A stretch of 64,000 nucleotides of DNA from Candidatus Fermentibacterota bacterium (lineage in GTDB: Bacteria > Fermentibacterota > Fermentibacteria > Fermentibacterales > JCC-6), in contig CAWJQI010000001.1 of NCBI GenBank assembly GCA_963845085.1, positions 128,001 to 192,000 on the forward strand. Direction: 5' to 3'. This document shows, piece after piece, positions 59,861 to 64,000 of this stretch. Below the pieces are notes generated by a model. It saw only the letters and a list, made by a program, of their open reading frames with translations. It was not told the origin of the DNA and did not search any database. Made by a program: the position numbers and the translations under genes. The number at the start of each line of letters is the position of its first letter. Within the stretch, counting starts at the first letter, position 1.

Positions 59861-60675
59861 AGGAGGAGCTTCGAAGAATCGTTGAGACCACTTCTTCCCT
59901 GACATCAGCGGTCTTTCCAGTGAGGGAGTACCTTCAGTCCAGGATACTCGGAATACTGCAGGACGCGGGGGCAATGATCCCCCTGGCATTCTGCGGCGGC
60001 ACGGCCCTTCGATTCCTGTACGGCATGCCAAGGTACAGCGAGGACCTGGACTTCTCACTGGAACGGGGGGAACCCGGCTTCTCCCTGCAGCCCGTTTTGC
60101 AGAGGATCACAGGTGTTCTTGCCAGGGAGGGCTATGCTGTTGATGCCGGAAGTAGCAGGGGGACCGGAACGGTTCACTCGGTGATGCTGCGCTTCCCGGG
60201 GCTGCTTTATGAACTTGCCCTTTCCCGGAGGAAGGAACAGGTCCTCTCCATCAGGATCGAAGTGGATACCCGGCCCCCTGAAGGGGCCGTTCTCGAGGTC
60301 AGCACCGTCCGTGTTTTCCAGCTTCTGCGTCTTCAACACCACGACCGTTCATCGCTGCTTGCGGGAAAGATCCATGCCGTCCTTACGCGCGAGTACGCTA
60401 AGGGACGCGACTTCTACGACCTTCTGTGGTACCTTTCCGGCAGGGAGTGGCCGGCTCCGAACATGGTGCTGCTTCGGAACGCCCTGACGCAGAGCGGTTG
60501 GCCCGGGGAACGGGTTTCCGGCATCGACCCCGGGGAAGAGCTTGAAACAAGGTTCCGCTCGCTCGACTGGGCAGCGGTGCGCCGGGACGTCCTCCCCTTT
60601 CTGGAGAAACCCGGGGAGGCTGACCTTCTGAACGAAGCCGACATGTGTGCCCTCATCAAGGGTCTGAACTGGTGA
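59857..60675 (+). CDS. abiEii: Type IV TA toxin, AbiEii/AbiGii nucleotidyltransferase
   Basis: GGTALR..Y...RYSEDLDF, K..A...R..KGRDFYDL; ATGA coupling to the antitoxin. Confidence 0.9.
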   Translation: MKEELRRIVETTSSLTSAVFPVREYLQSRILGILQDAGAMIPLAFCGGTALRFLYGMPRYSEDLDFSLERGEPGFSLQPVLQRITGVLAREGYAVDAGSSRGTGTVHSVMLRFPGLLYELALSRRKEQVLSIRIEVDTRPPEGAVLEVSTVRVFQLLRLQHHDRSSLLAGKIHAVLTREYAKGRDFYDLLWYLSGREWPAPNMVLLRNALTQSGWPGERVSGIDPGEELETRFRSLDWAAVRRDVLPFLEKPGEADLLNEADMCALIKGLNW

Positions 60676-60716
60676 GTGGCGGAGCCAGGCTTTTCTATCT
60701 TTCCTACACCATATCA

Positions 60717-60770
60717 TTGACAGTTATTGAATTATGTACTACATTTCTTTCGTAACATCTTTCTCGTAAC
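60717..60770 (+). promoter_or_regulatory. Sigma70 promoter with downstream TCGTAAC direct repeat
   Basis: TTGACA-17 bp-TACATT; TCGTAAC at 60750 and 60764. Confidence 0.6.
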
Positions 60771-60782
60771 GAAGGGAATGAA

Positions 60783-61919
60783 ATGGCAAACCCTTTCTCA
60801 TACGGCGGCATCGTCAGCGACCGGCAGTTCTGCAACAGGGTCACCGAACTGCGGGAGCTTGCAAGGGCGGCGAAAAACGGCGAGAGGCTCTTCATCCACG
60901 GGGAGCGGCGGGTCGGCAAGACCTCGCTTCTGAAGTCCGTGATGGGCAGGATCAGGGAAGAAGGGGGCATCTGCTTCTACATCGACGTGTGGAAGTGTGT
61001 TGACGAGGCGGATTTTCGCAGGGTGTGCGCCTCGGCCCTCTCGGGTTACGCCCTTGAGAAGGGAAAGGGTGCCCTTGAAAAACTTGCCGGGCTTTTCTCG
61101 GGTGTCGCGCCCTCATTCGGCATCGACGAGTCGGGAAAGCCCACGGTCACCCTGGTGCGCGACCGAAGCCGGCCTGAAGGGCCCGATGTCGAGGAGATAC
61201 TTCGGGCGCCGGGCAGGATAAGCGCCATGGAACCGGGAAGACCGGTTCTTGTAGTCTTCGACGAGTTCCAGCAGATCAGGGAGATATCGGGTCTGAAGCT
61301 CGAAAAGGTCATTCGAAGCGTGATACAGGAGGAGACAGGTGTGGCCTGGTTCTTCTGCGGCAGCCGGGCCACGCTTCTTCGGGAGATGTTTTTGAAGAAG
61401 GGAAGCCCCCTCTTCAGGAGTTCGGGGCACTACCCGGTTGGCGCCATCGGCCTTGCCCACTGGCGCCCCTTCATCACCGGCGAGTTCGACCAGAGCGGCA
61501 AGAAGATCTCACCGGAAACGGTAAGGTCGCTTGTTCGGGCAACGGGGGGCCACCCCTTCTACACCCAGATGCTCTGCTCCACCCTCTGGGACATCTCCGG
61601 GCACACCGCCTCCGGGAATGATCTCGAAGCCGCTGTTTCACTTCTTCTGGACAGGGAGAGCGGCACTTACGCAACCCTGTGGAACTCACTTCCCGACCAG
61701 CCCAGGAAGATGCTTCGGGCCATTGCCCTCGAAGGCACGCTTCTGAAGCCAACATCGGGGGTCATTGTGAGGAAGTACGGGTTCTCATCGCCTTCCACTG
61801 CAAAGAGCGCCCTCCTCTACCTTCTGAAGCACGATCATGCCTCGCAGGATGAAAAGGGCGGCTACCATCTTTCCGACTGGTTCCTGGCGATGTGGTGCCT
61901 TCGCAACGTGGCGACGTAG
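60783..61919 (+). CDS. P-loop ATPase (archaeal-ATPase/STAND-like) with C-terminal wHTH
   Basis: NPF.YG, FCNR..E, GERRVGKT, VVFDEFQ, GS, TGGHP.Y.Q. Confidence 0.85.
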   Translation: MANPFSYGGIVSDRQFCNRVTELRELARAAKNGERLFIHGERRVGKTSLLKSVMGRIREEGGICFYIDVWKCVDEADFRRVCASALSGYALEKGKGALEKLAGLFSGVAPSFGIDESGKPTVTLVRDRSRPEGPDVEEILRAPGRISAMEPGRPVLVVFDEFQQIREISGLKLEKVIRSVIQEETGVAWFFCGSRATLLREMFLKKGSPLFRSSGHYPVGAIGLAHWRPFITGEFDQSGKKISPETVRSLVRATGGHPFYTQMLCSTLWDISGHTASGNDLEAAVSLLLDRESGTYATLWNSLPDQPRKMLRAIALEGTLLKPTSGVIVRKYGFSSPSTAKSALLYLLKHDHASQDEKGGYHLSDWFLAMWCLRNVAT

Positions 61920-61988
61920 GGGCTGGAGGATGGCGAGGCGCTCTGCTGCTGCCCTTTCGAAAATCCTCGTTACACCTATATTCACTGA

Positions 61989-62183
61989 ATGGAAAAAACC
62001 ATCATGGTTTTCACGAGTCCTGACGAACTGGACAGGTATGAGCGTTCCAGGCGCAGGGCCATGTCACCTGAGCAAAGGCTTCTGGAACTGGAATCCATCC
62101 GCAGCGAGGCAGGCAAATTCCTTTATGAGCATTCAGCCAGACTTCGAAGAGTTGTTACGGTCACTGGAAAAAAACGCAGTTGA
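61989..62183 (+). CDS. Small protein, probable partner of the downstream nucleotidyltransferase
   Basis: 64 aa, MSPEQRL..LE; overlaps the NTase start. Confidence 0.6.
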   Translation: MEKTIMVFTSPDELDRYERSRRRAMSPEQRLLELESIRSEAGKFLYEHSARLRRVVTVTGKKRS

Positions 62184-62565
62184 GTACCTGATAGTCGGAG
62201 GCTATGCGGTTGCTCTGCACGGCTATCCCCGATACACGAAGGATATCGACCTCTTCTTCAGTCCAAATGAGGAGAATATTGACAGAATCATCGAAACCCT
62301 GATCGGGTTCGGATTTTCTTCCGATCAGCTCAACCGGGAGTTGTTCTCAACACCAGGAAACATCGTAACCTTCGGTGTTACACCCGTAAGGGTTGATTTT
62401 TTGAATGAGATTGATGGCGTTTCCTTTACAGACGCCTGGCCCAACAGGGTCCGAAGGGCATACGGAAACGTAACAGCAAATTTCATCGGCTTTGATGATC
62501 TTATCAAGAATAAATCTTCAACTGGTCGCAACCGCGACAAGCTGGACCTTGAGGAATTGTCCTGA
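62125..62565 (+). CDS. Nucleotidyltransferase (DUF6036-like)
   Basis: YLIVGGYAV..HG.PRYTKDIDL; DLIKNK..TGR.RD..D. Confidence 0.85.
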   Translation: MSIQPDFEELLRSLEKNAVEYLIVGGYAVALHGYPRYTKDIDLFFSPNEENIDRIIETLIGFGFSSDQLNRELFSTPGNIVTFGVTPVRVDFLNEIDGVSFTDAWPNRVRRAYGNVTANFIGFDDLIKNKSSTGRNRDKLDLEELS

Positions 62566-62583
62566 CGGTTCCGGATCCGTGCG

Positions 62584-63828
62584 CTATCCCGTTATCCCGT
62601 GCTTTTTCCCGACCTTCTCAAAGGCCTCGATGGCCCTGTCGAGGTGTTCGCGGGTGTGGGCGGCGGAGAGCTGCACCCTGATGCGGGACTGCCCGCGGGC
62701 GACCACAGGGTAGAAGAAACCGATGGCGTAGATCCCCTCTTCCAGAAGGTCGTCGGCGAACTGCTGCACCAGCGCTGCATCGTTTGGATACATGCCGAAG
62801 AGGATGGGAACGATGGCGGTCTCGCCGTCGATTATTGCGAAGCCGGCCTTCTTGATTCCACTGCGGAAGTAGAGGGCGTTTTCATGGACCCTGTCACGGT
62901 ATTCAGTGCTCGCCTCGATTATGTCGAGCACCTTGAGCGTTCCGCCCACGACCGGGGGAGCCATCGTGTTGCTGAATATGTACGGGCGCGAGGACTGCCT
63001 CAGCCATTCGATCAGCACCCTTCGCCCGGCGGTCACACCGCCGCTTGCGCCTCCGCAGGCTTTCCCGAAGGTTGTCGTGATGAGGTCGGCCCTTCCCATG
63101 ACACCGTGATGTTCAAGGCTGCCCCGGCCTGTCCTGCCGATGTAACCAGTGGCATGGCTGTCGTCGACCATGAGCAGAGCGTCGTGCCTGTCGCACATTT
63201 CAACCACCGCATCGAGCGGCGCGATGTCGCCGTTCATGCTGAAGACGCCGTCGGTCGCCACAAGCCTGTACTTGGCGTTCCTTACACTGTCGAGCATCAG
63301 GATGTCTTCAAGGCCGGGGAGTTCCCTCCCGTCGAAGTTCCGCAGACCGCGTCCGGTGTGGCAGTGGCTGTACACATGCCGCTGCGCCTTGCAAAGCCTT
63401 ACACCGTCTATGATCGAGGCATGGTTCAGCTGGTCTGCAATGATGGCGCACTCCTCGTCGAGGAATGGCTGGAAGACGCCTCCGTTGGCATCGAAGCAGG
63501 ACGAGTAAAGGATCGCGTCATCGGTTCCGAGGAACCGGGCGGTCCTTCTCTCCAGCTCCCTGTGGATGTCCTGCGTGCCGCAGATGAACCTGACGCTGGA
63601 GAGGCCGAAACCCCTTGTTCTCAGGGTCTCAGCGGCGGCTTCTATCACATCGGGATGGTTGGCGAGGCCGAGGTAGTTGTTCGCGCAGAAATTGAGGACC
63701 TTCCTCCCGCTGCCGACGGTAATCTCGGCGCCCTGCGGGGAGAGAATGACCCGTTCCCTCTTGAGCAGGCCTTCGCCCTCCCGGACTTTCATGAGTTTTG
63801 CAAGGTCGACCAGTATCCTGCTGGACAT
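62584..63828 (-). CDS. kbl: Glycine C-acetyltransferase (2-amino-3-ketobutyrate CoA ligase)
   Basis: NFCANNYLGL, SSVRFICGT, LNHASIIDG.RL, DDSHATG, TFGKA.GGASGG, RIRVQLSAAH. Confidence 0.94.
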   Translation of the reverse strand: MSSRILVDLAKLMKVREGEGLLKRERVILSPQGAEITVGSGRKVLNFCANNYLGLANHPDVIEAAAETLRTRGFGLSSVRFICGTQDIHRELERRTARFLGTDDAILYSSCFDANGGVFQPFLDEECAIIADQLNHASIIDGVRLCKAQRHVYSHCHTGRGLRNFDGRELPGLEDILMLDSVRNAKYRLVATDGVFSMNGDIAPLDAVVEMCDRHDALLMVDDSHATGYIGRTGRGSLEHHGVMGRADLITTTFGKACGGASGGVTAGRRVLIEWLRQSSRPYIFSNTMAPPVVGGTLKVLDIIEASTEYRDRVHENALYFRSGIKKAGFAIIDGETAIVPILFGMYPNDAALVQQFADDLLEEGIYAIGFFYPVVARGQSRIRVQLSAAHTREHLDRAIEAFEKVGKKHGITG

Positions 63829-63919
63829 CCGTTCCTCTTCCCGGGCCGGAAAACGGCAACCGTGGCTGTTTGTTGGAATGATTACGCCGGCGCTGCCCGG
63901 CACCCCGGAATATAACGAA

Positions 63920-63941
63920 GGGGGGCGCGGATGCGCCCCCC
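63920..63941 (-). terminator. Hairpin downstream of the partial gene at the window end
   Basis: GGGGGGCGC-GGAT-GCGCCCCCC. Confidence 0.55.
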
Positions 63942-63960
63942 CGGTATCCCAAAGCCCTGG

Positions 63961-64000
63961 TTACATCCCGTACTTCTCTATAATCCCGTTCTTGTCCAGA
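63961..64000 (-). CDS. 3' end of an unidentified gene (partial)
   Basis: Frame ...LDKNGIIEKYGM* followed by a hairpin. Confidence 0.4.
   Translation of the reverse strand, partial: LDKNGIIEKYGM

Noticed and set aside
62599..63915. Long antisense ORFs (e.g. 62599-63915, 44926-46155, 55847-56944, 49634-50764, 41090-42253)
   Set aside because: Shadow frames of well-supported genes in GC-rich DNA, with no motifs of their own
1..64000. CRISPR array, cas genes, reverse transcriptase/retron/DGR, integrase, prophage
   Set aside because: No regularly spaced repeat-spacer array and no ORF with the relevant motifs was seen by eye

Overview
A GC-rich bacterial chromosomal segment, mostly housekeeping and envelope genes. 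Five proteins with T9SS-type C-terminal sorting domains, a PorV-like barrel, a C25 gingipain-like protease and an aldehyde:ferredoxin oxidoreductase suggest an anaerobic FCB-group organism; Ca. Fermentibacteria-like is an inference only. Recognisable genes include rocD (partial), copA, tex, fusA, msrBA, rdgB-rph-murI-amidase-smpB, tRNA-Leu(CAG), rmlC, nth, udk, xseAB, miaB, glgB, yjbQ, tdh, a thiC-family gene and kbl. I see no CRISPR array, rRNA, integrase, transposase or reverse transcriptase. The most notable observations: (1) an HTH-nucleotidyltransferase with a degenerate active site, two operator-like boxes and an unknown 405-aa gene downstream (53.7-55.7 kb); (2) a toxin-antitoxin/defence-like islet at 58.8-62.6 kb with visible operators and a decayed YtrA/ABC relic at its edge; (3) a 179-bp AT-rich element bounded by terminal inverted repeats between two convergent genes (25.3-25.5 kb); (4) three exported-protein genes each broken by a net +1 frameshift; (5) a PilHI-like ABC operon with His/Cys and cNMP-binding accessory genes divergent from copA; (6) a ferredoxin-AOR-GHMP kinase operon whose AOR lacks the expected fourth Fe-S cysteine. 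Family assignments come from motif recognition by eye, not database searches.
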